This document shows positions 1-11,600 of a DNA stretch of 64,000 bases, in pieces. Position 1 is the stretch's first letter. Each line of letters starts with the position of its first letter. Location of the stretch: contig NC_134026.1 in assembly GCF_964204645.1 (NCBI RefSeq), positions 25,144,150-25,208,149 of the forward strand, in the 5' to 3' direction. This stretch comes from Tubulanus polymorphus (lineage: Eukaryota > Animalia > Nemertea). Made by a program: the position numbers and the translations under genes. Below the pieces are notes generated by a model. The model made no database searches, was not told the origin of the DNA, and was given only the letters and a program-made list of their open reading frames with translations.

Positions 1-3000
1 CAGATGCCTTTCTGGCCTTTTTCCCAGATCCCGGCTCCCACGCGGCAGACAAAATGAGTCAAGGATTTTAGCGATTCAGAATAGCAACGGATTGCGAATC
101 CTTAAACTGAAAAAACCCATCTGTAATATTGGTCAGATTTAGAATAGTGAGATTTTTTTGTGGAAAATGAGAATAGAGCTGAAAACGGAATCAATGGACG
201 TATACGTTATCTATCTTAAAATTGAAGCTTGATTATGGATTTCAAAAATGGTGGTGAAAATTTTCTAGGTATGAATTAACATGAATTTTGTAAATTCTTG
301 CGATGTATCGTAAACGGTTCTTGTTTTTATTGTTTTTTGCAGTTGCATCTTTAGTTTGATTTAAATGATTTGCATGGCTTCGGGAATATAAGCATAATGC
401 TGTCTAAATCACTTTAGTATTATGCTGCTATTCACGAGACCTATCAAGCTAATTCAAAAAGAAAATTGCGACGTACGTAACTCTCGACAACAGGATACAA
501 AATTTCCCGCCAGTCGAATGACAAAGTTCAACGAGTTGATATCATTTGATTTCCTTACTGTAGGTAAGTGTTACATGAAGAATATTCGTCGGCGTCGTTG
601 AATATATTCATTATTCATAATGAAAAAACTTTATATACTTTTTGATTTACATTTGCATCGTATTTGCTTGTGGTACAGCTTTCGTTTTAGATTGCATGAA
701 ATGCTCTCAATCTACTGAAAGTGAAAATCAATCTTTTTGAAATACGAATTCGAAACCGAAACTATTGCGTTTAATTTGGTCTTCAAATCAACAGAAGGAT
801 CTATTTGAATCATAACGTAAAGCTTTTTAATGCTATGGTAAATTATCCTTTAGGACAGATATGCGAAATCATTTACCTGTATTTGTGGGTCCTTCTTCAA
901 AAGTCATAAAATGATTAATTACTGATTAGTATGTAACTATGACAACTGGGTCATGTCTATACGTAGAGTACTACGTCACTGCGGACAAATATTGACTGTA
1001 GGCATATGACAAATATGATCAGTTGGTAGTTTTGACAAGACCTTAGCCAACAATGCCTATACGAGTACCGGTATATGTCTTAATTTTACGAGTACAGATA
1101 TTTTCTTTGGCTAATTCAACAAGTTAAAGAATATATTTCATATCACGTGTCTGCTTTTCAGAAGGAAATAGTAAAAGATAGTTTAACTCATCGTTAGTTA
1201 ACCATTTTTGTCCGATGTTATCCAGATACTCGTTTTGGCTTATTCTACGACATTTAGTTATTTCAGGAAGGACATCGAGAGAGAGGACACGTCATATCCG
1301 ATACCCCACACATCGAATATTTATTTGGTGCACACTGACAGAGATTTGTCGTTCATTTACAAACGTGAATGAAAAATTTACAGATAGATAATCTCCAAAT
1401 TATTAGAAATTTAGAATTCATCAATACTTGATCCATTTGAAACAAAATTTGAATGATTATCGATTTGATTATGTAACATAATTTCTATATTGCCTCGTTC
1501 AGAGAGAAAGCGCGGAAAATTCATAATAATATGTTAATGCTGTCTGGTAGTGACGCGAGAGTAGGTATAACTGGGCGGAGTGATGATTAAACACCAACCA
1601 AGGCGGATGAGATTGGTCATCATCCATCATGAGATGAGATATCGGCACACTGTCAATATTTGGTTACCTTTTCTGCTGGCGATACGAATATCCTATTTTA
1701 GACAATTTCCCGTCCAAATGCGCGCTCTTAAGACGCACCTTTTTTGAGATTATTCATTTCATCGCATTCGATCAGGGTGGATTTTTTATTTCTTGTGGAA
1801 GTTGTAAAAAGAGATCCAGTTGTATATAGTTGATATATATATAGTTGATCGAGTAATAGTGCTGCAAAATCCAGTTCAGTTTCGAAAAGCTAATTACAGT
1901 AAACAGTAAATTGCTTAAGTACAGTCAGTGAGAGATGGAATATCTTATTCATTAACAAGTATTTGATTCATCGTAGCTTAATCTAAATGGATTGATAAAA
2001 TTGACGACGGTGAGATTTCAACTAACCGCTCACGTTTTGTTGTGTCATAAAGGCTCAATTACCTACGTATTTACTAGAATTGGATTCAATTTTGTGGATT
2101 CAAAATTGCAATTCTTTGTATCGTTTTATTCATATTTTCCTATTGATAGTTGGAATAAAATACACACAAAAAATTACTTAGTTTGTTATCAATTTCTTAT
2201 TCTGTCTAATACATGATATACACTTTTAATCTAGATCAGTCCCGCGAATAGTATTTTAACTTGACCATGTTCCTATGGAAGCTATTGTTCGATGTAAAGA
2301 TTCAAAGTAAAGCAGATAGAAATTTTACCATGCAGCTCTCTATATGGATTTAGGAAAATTCATTAAAAACAATATTCATTAAGCAAAATTTGTGAATTTT
2401 CCCGCTATTTTACGATAAGTCATTGACACGAGCCCCTGCGAAAGGAAACGATGATTTATGTACGCGGAATAATTATCCCCGGAAGTTTTGTAGAATTTGA
2501 AAATGTGCCAAAAAAGATAAGAATTGTTTCAGACAAACGGTGTCGTGTTTTTGAGTGTGTATTTGAGTATTTCCTGATTCAACTGGTCATGGTTTGCATA
2601 CGTCAACAAATAAAGACTAAATTTAGAATATATCCATGTCTTATCTTTGTGATATTCATATTTGTAAACATTATATGACCCTTGTCTGCCATTGTATCGC
2701 GGACTTTGCATCACAAAAAGAATCCGTTAAAATGCGTATCAGGTAATGCATGCATAGTAGGCTTTAGCATCTTTGTATTATGGGGCTAAAAAGAATATCA
2801 TGGAACCTCAGCCACTGAATGCTAGTCTACTCTCTAGTTGCAGTTAACGCAACGAATCTCACCTGCAAGATTTTATATCACATGAAATGCTTCTGCGGCG
2901 TTTGACAAGTGTTAAAGGATACGCCAGACGAATTTCTAAAATACAGTAGACTTCGCTCAAGTCGGATCTTTTGGGACCGCAAAAATGTGTCCGGCTTGAT

Positions 3001-3618
3001 GATATTGGATGCTATGTATTTCATATATAGTGTCACAAAAATGATTCAAAAACATCACAGTTGAATGGTTCAGACTTGGGCGGAGTCTACTGTAGTAATC
3101 AAGTCTGTCTGTCCATGGCACAAGAAACACAGCTCCACCCCACCCCCAAATCTTCCACGATTCATAAACAGCTGAAGAACGTATCCTACGAAAATAACCT
3201 GGATTCATCCAGGGGTGAACCCGAAAATAAAGAACCCATGATCGTACATGCATATTGCAATTTATTTTCTAAGTGTACATATCTAACGTGATACATAAAT
3301 GGAACTAAATCAAACATCAAAAACATACATTCATTAAGACAATAATAACGTTGGGACGGACGGATAATATTCATAGCATTAAATATTATTACGTGTTTAC
3401 ACAGCTCTTATCAATTTATGGCGACATAAATTTCATTGATTATTTTTTTACAATCTCTTTATCTCATCAATGGAACAATTACTATTAATCTTTCATTCAT
3501 GGACAAAATGACGCATTTTCCACTCGGTTTATGAACAAAACTTCGAATAGATGAATGACATTCAGGACTACTGAAGAAGAGTCCATTAATTAAATGATGT
3601 AGATCTTCGTGCTCAAAA

Positions 3619-6600
3619 CTAATTAACAGACGGTTTTCCTGACAGTTGATCTTGCAGTATCTTGTTATAGTCCGTTATAACATCGTTGACACGTTTAGCA
3701 ATCGGGCGGTAGTCGCATTCCATAGTCTTAGTGGCAATAACTATCAATTCATCAAGGATAAAGCATTCATATCATAATCACAAATAAACCATTATCATTG
3801 AACCATAAAACTACATTAAAGGATACATTCTTTCATGACGAAGTTGTTCTGTTCTAGGTGTTGCCATTTCTTTTCTAGATTTCCAAGCTGTAAATAACGG
3901 CAAATTTACGCGACTAAAAACTCCAGTCAACATTTACTATTGGTGGTCGCATTGATAATTAGCTCATTGATGTATTAAAATCGACGCTTTCCAACATACC
4001 TGTGTAAAGGTCTCATTTTCGTGTAACGATGCTTTCAAAGCTTCGTACTGATCTGTCAGCTGTTGCATCACCTGCTTGAATGTATCTCTACGTTTCGATA
4101 AAGTCACCTTGTCTTCTTGCAATTTCTAGAATAATGTTAGAAAATATATTTTCAATCAACACATCGGATCTTAATCATCGGGCAGTGCCACGACTATAAA
4201 ACCATTACCTTTCTCTTATTTTCACCATCTTCTCTCAGTTTATTCAGATCGCTGAATGTTTCAACCTCAGATGTCATAGTGTCTATCTTAGTCTTCAATA
4301 ACTCCAGCTCTGAAGTGATCTTGGACTCTAATTGTTCTACCTTCTGGTAGTCAACTTGTAGTTTTTCATTTTCTGAAAATAATTTTGTAGTACATATAGT
4401 AATCCGAGCATGTTTTGAGTCTTGAATGAATGCTCCAATATGAATGATAAAATGCCAATTGAAAACCTCCGGAAAGACCAGTTGTAGTAGCTTCAGATTT
4501 CTTCATTTCTTGGGCTTTGAACGCTAAATCTTCTTTCATATTCTGCAGTTCTTTAGGCGTTGGCAAATGAGACACACGAGCCATATTCTGAATATCATCA
4601 AGAAAGTTATGTAGATAAGTAGATACAGTATATGTATTGATCCACTATTCTATATTGTAATATGTACATATGTACTTACTCGACTCATGTGTTCCAACAA
4701 GGTTGTAACGTTTCCTTCCAAGTCAGACAATCTTTGCTAGGAAATAAAAATAATTTTTTTTTTCATGAAATATATTTTCAATACATGTCTTCTGAAAATA
4801 TCATAATTTCATCATGCTTACAAATTCTTGTGCTTTGGTTTCTTCAAATGTTTCAAGAAATTCTGGAAAGAAATGCAAGAAAATGTTTAACGTTTTTGAA
4901 AGTTGTGTAGGCATATTCACATTGACTGGCTGCGACTCTTACCATTCATAGTTTCTTCCCTTTTCTTCAGTTCTCTGTATTTCTGATTTCTTTCACCTGA
5001 ACAAATAAATATAGATGTCAAGTTCCGCAAAGGTTTTTGTAGTATTAAGAGCAAATTTAATGTTTACCTTGATTTTCTTCAATGTCCATATCTGTTTGTC
5101 TGATCTCCTCTTGCACAGCACTACATTTCTCCCGAATTTCATTTGCCCTGGAATAAATGATTTAAAATATACATCTCTACATTTTGTCCATATGATTACG
5201 ATGGTAAATTCACACATAAAAAGCTCTTACTGTCTCTCCATGCTGGCTATTTCTTGGTTGTCTTCTTTCACCTGTTTCAACAGTTTCTCCCGTTCTTCAG
5301 CAGGTGTGCCACGAGATTGTGTCTCCAAAAGCAATTGATCCCTTTTAGCTTCCAATTCATGAAGTTGCTCATAATATTTCACTGTAACAACGATTAAGAA
5401 TATCACTCAAAAGAAGCATTCACTACATCTGCATATAAAGCTAAGAAAAAGGTTTTCCCAATTTTACCGGCTTCTTGTTTCACTTGAGAGGCTGACAGTT
5501 CCTAGAACAAGAGAAATATGCATATTAACACATGGATTACTTAGATAAACAATTTCCCAAAATATGAAGAAATAGAACATTTCAAACCTCTTCCAAATTT
5601 TCCTTGCGAGTTGTCAAAGCATCCAATTCCTGTTGTCCAGTTTCCAACTGTTTAAGCAAATGTTCATTGAGATCTTTCAGTTGCATGTATTTTTGCCGCA
5701 TTTCAGGTTTCATATTAGCAACTAGGTTGTCTGCCATTCGTTTCTCTTGTTCCAATTCAACTTCAAGTTGTCTTATTTGGTTCTCTTTCCTGAAATTCAA
5801 TAATTTGAACATCAAAAGCTCCTTACTCAACCATCAATTATTGTAAAATATAACAATATTTCAAGAAATTTTGCTTACTCTTGTTTTTGAGTAAATAATG
5901 AATCAAGACTTTTTGCTTCTCTGTCATTCTGAGTTCTTAGCTAAATATCAAGTAAAACGGAAACATATAGCTCAATAAATATACATTACAATAAATATAA
6001 ATATACATGTAAATGAGCATAAAAGAAATAAAGGTATGGAGTACCTCATCAAAATCCATTTGGACATCTTGAATATCTTCATCTGTATTCAGTTTATCCA
6101 CCAACTACAAAAGGGAGAATTGTGATTTAGATCCATAGAAAAAGAATATATAGCAAGCTTTACATGATCTGGGATATTTACCGTGTTAAAGTCTCCTAAT
6201 TCTCCCTGATAGTGCTTCAAATCCGCTGCGAGTTGTTCAGCTCTTCAAATAAAACACAGATAATAAAACATGTTTATACCATATATTCAGATAATGAATA
6301 AGAAACGAATCCTCTGTTGAATAGAATTTAATATCTCTAATCGAATAAGAGGTTACTCACGTTTTCTCATAATTCATATAGCTATTGTTTTCATCTTCAT
6401 ATTCCTGGACATCTTTCTTTAACTTCACAACCTCTTGATTCAGTTCAGATATTTTCGACCTAAAAGAAATTTTAGCTACGGTTAAACTGCAAACAAATGA
6501 TCATAACACCTATGATACAATATTCATTAATTGACCATGTCGCACCTAATTTGTCCAAGATAAAATGTCTTGTCCTGCACTTGTCTCATACGACCTGAAA

Positions 6601-7381
6601 GATACCGGGTAGTAGAGAAACATTCTAAGAATGATATTTAAAGAAAATCTAGACCTTTCATCATTTTATCATTTAAAAGCATACCCCTTGTTCCAGCTGT
6701 CTTCATGCCTGTAAGACCTTGCTGGGTGATTGGTCTGTCTTCTACTGTCAGCTGTGCCCCTAAAGCTGAAAAAAGGATAAAAGAGATGCGTATATTCCAA
6801 GCCATCAATTGACATAGAGCAAGGGATATTGGATGCAACCTACCCATTGATCCAGCAGCCAGAGGACCACCCCTTGTTCCTGGAGGTGCCTATAATTAAT
6901 AGAAAATCATTGTTACAGCTGTATAACTACTCACCTAACAAATTCCTGACTTATTTACTCACTACATAAGGCATAACTGCCTTCGAATTTGAATGATTTT
7001 CAACTGATTTATGCAATCCAGCATTCAAAGGCGTTTCAAGTTTTAGAAGATTATTCAGGGGAATAGTAAAAACCATTTCACTCGAACGGTAGGGTACAAC
7101 AGCCAACTTTTTGGCTGACTGAGGTCGCCGAGCCATTCTGAGAAGACTAATGCTCCCTATAAAGACTTACTGGCAGTAGGTTTAGGGACATTGCCAAATA
7201 GGGACGAGCATAGTAATGAAGGTATTACAGGTCAATAAGGATCTATGAACAAGCTTCATTAATCAATCCATATATAGAAATCAATTACAGCCAAATGCTA
7301 GTGAGATGAAGGGGTATTGTATGATATCATATTTACCATTCCAGTAGTTAGTCTTGTTGCTGTTCCTGGAGGTCGGGCCAT
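3619..7381 (-). CDS. IFT74: Intraflagellar transport protein 74 (multi-exon, IFT-B core)
   Basis: Spliced exons read [15 protein letters not shown] / APPGTRGG / [22 protein letters not shown] ... [17 protein letters not shown] ... LHENETFTQ / [21 protein letters not shown] / [17 protein letters not shown]...SVN*. These match the IFT74 signatures [13 protein letters not shown] and [22 protein letters not shown]. First coding exon 7337-7381; stop TAG 3619-3621. A probable 5' UTR exon ends at 8230 (G|GTAAGT donor). Confidence 0.95.
3741..3826 (-). other. U12-type (minor spliceosome) GT-AG intron, last intron of IFT74
   Basis: 5' splice site GTATCCTTT; branch-site-like TCCTTGAT about 10 nt before the AG; no real polypyrimidine tract. 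Removing it restores MKEF-IATK in frame. Confidence 0.88.
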
Positions 7382-8023
7382 TGTTGCTAAAATACAAGAA
7401 ACCGATACTGATAGATTGATTACCAAAGCAGCTTGAATTAGGTGGATTTACTTTCCCATCTTTGAAATTTCAAACATCACAAGAACGCTCATCCAAGAGG
7501 CTTATTAGTATTGGCCTATGCCAAGACAATGTATGATATGCTGGTATTGAATATGAGAAATACGACGTTGGGTTATATCCTTATATCCTGAGAGGTTGCC
7601 AATATGTTCACCTTGGACCACATGCAATAAATTCTTCTTTTTTCTTTTTTTAAAAGGTTAGAAATAAAGTGATAGTAATCAAGCCGATTATGCCTACAAC
7701 GCTTGTTAATTAATATTATTACTGACCAGATTTTCATCATGGAATTCAACAAATCAAAACTATAAACAATTTACTTATTATTCTTAGACAGTAATAAAAA
7801 ATGAACCAATTATTCGTAATAATGAAATTAAATTTCGGCTAAAAATTAAGGGAGTGAGGTCCAGCGAGAAGTGGACGTGAGCTGGCGAGACTATTCAATA
7901 TAAACCCTGTGGCCTGACTGACACCTAACTAAAACAGAAATTAATCACCAAACGAGCCAGCCACCAATAGACCTCAAATAGACCTCTACCAGGCCTTCAT
8001 CGGTCCGTGATATTGATGATGAG

Positions 8024-8037
8024 GTTGCCATGGCAAC
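8024..8037. promoter_or_regulatory. Perfect X-box (RFX site) at the 5' end of IFT74
   Basis: GTTGCCATGGCAAC, the perfect palindromic RFX consensus, lies about 650 bp upstream of the ATG of a ciliary gene. Confidence 0.85.
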
Positions 8038-8229
8038 AGTATCATCAAATACTGGACGTCGACATGACTATCACTGATCAGTTGACTTTCTTATACTTTA
8101 ACGGATCATTCAGGCAATAATACAAGTAACCAAGCTAATCTTTAGTCCATTACAATATTCAAATCTATCTTGCAATCGAAAACGTTCCGTGAATATGACT
8201 GTGAGCGTGGAAATAATCATAAAACTTAC

Positions 8230-8696
8230 CGAAATTGACAATTTTCAGATTTTTGAACCCGGAAATGATTGGAATTTGTATGTAAAGGTTAGTTGCAAAC
8301 CACCAGAGAATGTCAATCGGTTTCGAATCCGAATAATATTGTTTTCAAATAGAGTGTTATTTCATTACACTTAGATACCACTGTTATGCCCACTATTAGT
8401 AAAACTAATGAGAGATATACGTTATAAGCGAAACAGCTTTCCTGAGATAATTAGCAAAAAACGAGCAAACTTGGTTACCGGTCTCTATCGTCTGAATGCG
8501 CAGGCAACCGGTCTAAAAACGAGCCCGTAGAGACCGGTAACCAGTCTAGTCATTAGTCATTCCGCGAGGCCGATATCCGGCGATTATGGATTACCAGAAA
8601 GTTACGAATGGATCATCACTATCAAAATTAACTGAACGATGAATGTCAAGCCATTATTGTCGTCTTCTTGAAATGTTCATGCCGTTGGTTGTGATT
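8230..8696. promoter_or_regulatory. Probable bidirectional promoter between IFT74 (-) and the ADAM gene (+)
   Basis: Divergent first exons are under 0.5 kb apart. The region is locally CpG-richer and has an ETS-like CCGGAA near 8259 and a 16-bp inverted repeat at 8472-8487 / 8528-8543. Confidence 0.6.
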
Positions 8697-11600
8697 ATGG
8701 CTAAATTAGATGCCATAGGACGCAACAAAGCTATTTATTTATTTCTCATGTTTGTGGATTACCTTGCAAATGTTCACTGTAGTAAGTATATTTTTCATTT
8801 ATTAGTTTTTAGCTCAGCTGTCAAAAATGTCAAGCCAAGTCGGGTAGTAGAGGCTACTGATACTGATAGATTATATTTTTTTCGAATCTACGTAGCTAGA
8901 AAGTGTGGGGAAGGCTTAAATACCATGTACTGTATCAAGCGATTTTCAATGAAAAATTTATGGGCCTAACGTTTTCGGACACTATGCAAGGGCTGGATCC
9001 CATTCATTGACTGACATGAAACTTTCCAAATTTTTTAGGTTCAAGCGGGCCCAGTCGGATGAGCGTTATTCGGAACGAATTTCATTACTATGAGACTGTG
9101 ATACCAGACATATATAACCACCGTCATAGAAGAGATATAAGTCATACGGTAAGTAGTAAGGTTCTCCGAAGCTGTCATTGCCGGTTTTTGATGACAGGCT
9201 ATTAAAATTTATCCTTATTGTTCCTTCTATCTGAGACTAATATCGTGAAATAGGCTGCATTAGATAACGCTGTTTTTTTAATTTTCAGAGTAAATTTCCA
9301 GAAAAAATCAGTATTAGATTCAGTGCCTTTCAAAAAGAATTCGACATACATTTAGAAAAGAATAGAGAACTATTTTCTAATAGTTATATAGAAAAACATT
9401 TTACAAATGAAAATGAAGAAGTTTTATATAAACCAGACAATAATGTAAGTATTCAGCTTTATACTGGTTATATTTCATGTAACAAAATTCCTAGTGTTAT
9501 ACCATGTTCAATGGTTACTGTGCTCAACATTCTAAATAGGAATCCCACTTGAAAGATGAAGGAATAAAGTCTTATAAGTTTCCTTATTCAAAGTTTCGAG
9601 TAGGCCTTCAATAGTTACCTTCAGGAATATTGATGTTGTGAAAAAATTATGAGATAACAATGATAGTAATTCCGGGATTGTATATATCATACTTTTTTTA
9701 CAACATAAGTATTCCTGAAAATAACTATTAGAATAGTCGAAACATTGAATAAACCACTATCTCAAGGAAACTTTTTCGACTTAATTTTTCATTCAAACTG
9801 TTTTACAGCATGGTTACTAACTAAAATACTTGATTACATATTTATTTTTAGACGTTGACCGACCATTGTTATTATCATGGGAAAATACAGGATAAGCCTA
9901 ATTCTGTAGTCGCTTTAAGCACATGCGATGGCGTCAAGTGAGTTGAATTTATTTACATTCGAAATGAAGTGTAGATTACAAAGCTAAGAATGTTTATTAT
10001 TATATGGGGCCATGATTTAGTTCATGGCATTCATTGCTAAAAAGGGAAAACTATTATTACGCATTAAGAAATGAATATTGCGTATGGTATAGGCCTATAG
10101 GACTGTTAAATGTATATTGTTCACTTGTACTTGTAAAAATGTGAATGAAGACTTAGGTAGTAGTGATGCATACCCCTGGTAGATTTCAGTCTTCTAGGAA
10201 TGTTTCAGATTACTTAGATATATCCTCTTTATCGTACTTAGATCTGGTTGTTATAGTACAGTCAGAGATCATGGCGAGTTACTCGCTGTGGTTTAGTAAA
10301 GTTTATTAAGCAACTTACTGAGAAAAAGTGGCCATTGCTGTAGGTCTATTATTGTTTAATAATTATAAATTGACAGGTGTTTGTTTCATAAATCATTTTG
10401 ATCAAGCAGTCTTTAATGATCTCTTATCTGTGAGGTAGTGAGATCTTTGGAAATTTCTTGATAGTGTATTGGTGGCTAGGTTTATGTATATATACAGCAC
10501 TTGGTTGTTTATCTTTCACCTTGGGTTTAAATTACAGCATAACTCAAGAGTAAAGCTAAGTGTATTGAATGGTTTTTGCGATTATACGGACCTTATAGCA
10601 GTTCACACTTTTTCCCATTCACCATAGAAGTAAAGACCTGCTCTCTAAGAATAAATGAGGTCTGAGTCACTATATATCACTGTAAAACAAGTTGTTTGTT
10701 AAGTGTAAACTTGTTTAAGACAGATGTTTACTTTAATAATTTGAAAAAATCTCTACAAATGTTAAGAAATGGAGAGTGATTCATATTGAATTGAATTACC
10801 CGTATTTCGTTGCAATCTATTTTCTCATAAGATATCTACTGATTAACAGTCATATCACATCTGATGTATGACTATAATTTGATGATTCCTGGAAAAGTGT
10901 CGTTACGGCCTCTAACGCTCAGACAATCACAGTATAATTGCCGGTTTTATTATTGGAACTGCTAGTTATACTCATCCATTCCTGTACTTTTATTCGCTGA
11001 CACTTTATAACTATAGCAGCTGATGAGCCTAGTATGTATTCTAAACTATACTGTTATGCAAGGAAGACTATCTGCTGTGAGTTTCAGCCTGTCTGAATGC
11101 TAGCGCTGGGTTTTATTACTTGCTTCGATAAAAATTGAATTTTTACTGCGTATAATTTTTATTTTGTGCCTAGAATGGAACATGTTTCCTTCATAAGATC
11201 TATGACTCATTATGATTTATGGGTTATTTCCTTAAGGTCAATTCGACAAAATCCTGCTCTGAAGCTGACCCCCACATTCAGTTAGCTCTGTGCAATTACT
11301 CTTTCCATGTACCGTACTTGAGACTCCTCTTCAAAGTTGTTTTATTTCATGGATTATGTGGTTGAATCATGTTAGCATTTACACTCCCAACGAATTTGAG
11401 AGCCTAGAAATGCTTAGTACACCAATGACTCAATTCATACTCGTGGCGGAGGCCATATTCTTAAACCATTTGAAATCGTATCGCCCTAAACCACATCGTA
11501 TCCTGTCGATACTACTAGAGATTGTTCATTTGACATACAGCTCAATTTCAGGCGGTTATCGGATATTTTCCGCGGTAGTTTGATTAACGATATCTCCCTC

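Noticed and set aside
1992-3374. Short ORFs (2451-2678, 2529-2714, 2957-3253, 3061-3291) as a gene
   Set aside because: No recognisable motif, and the splice combinations I tried all hit in-frame stops.
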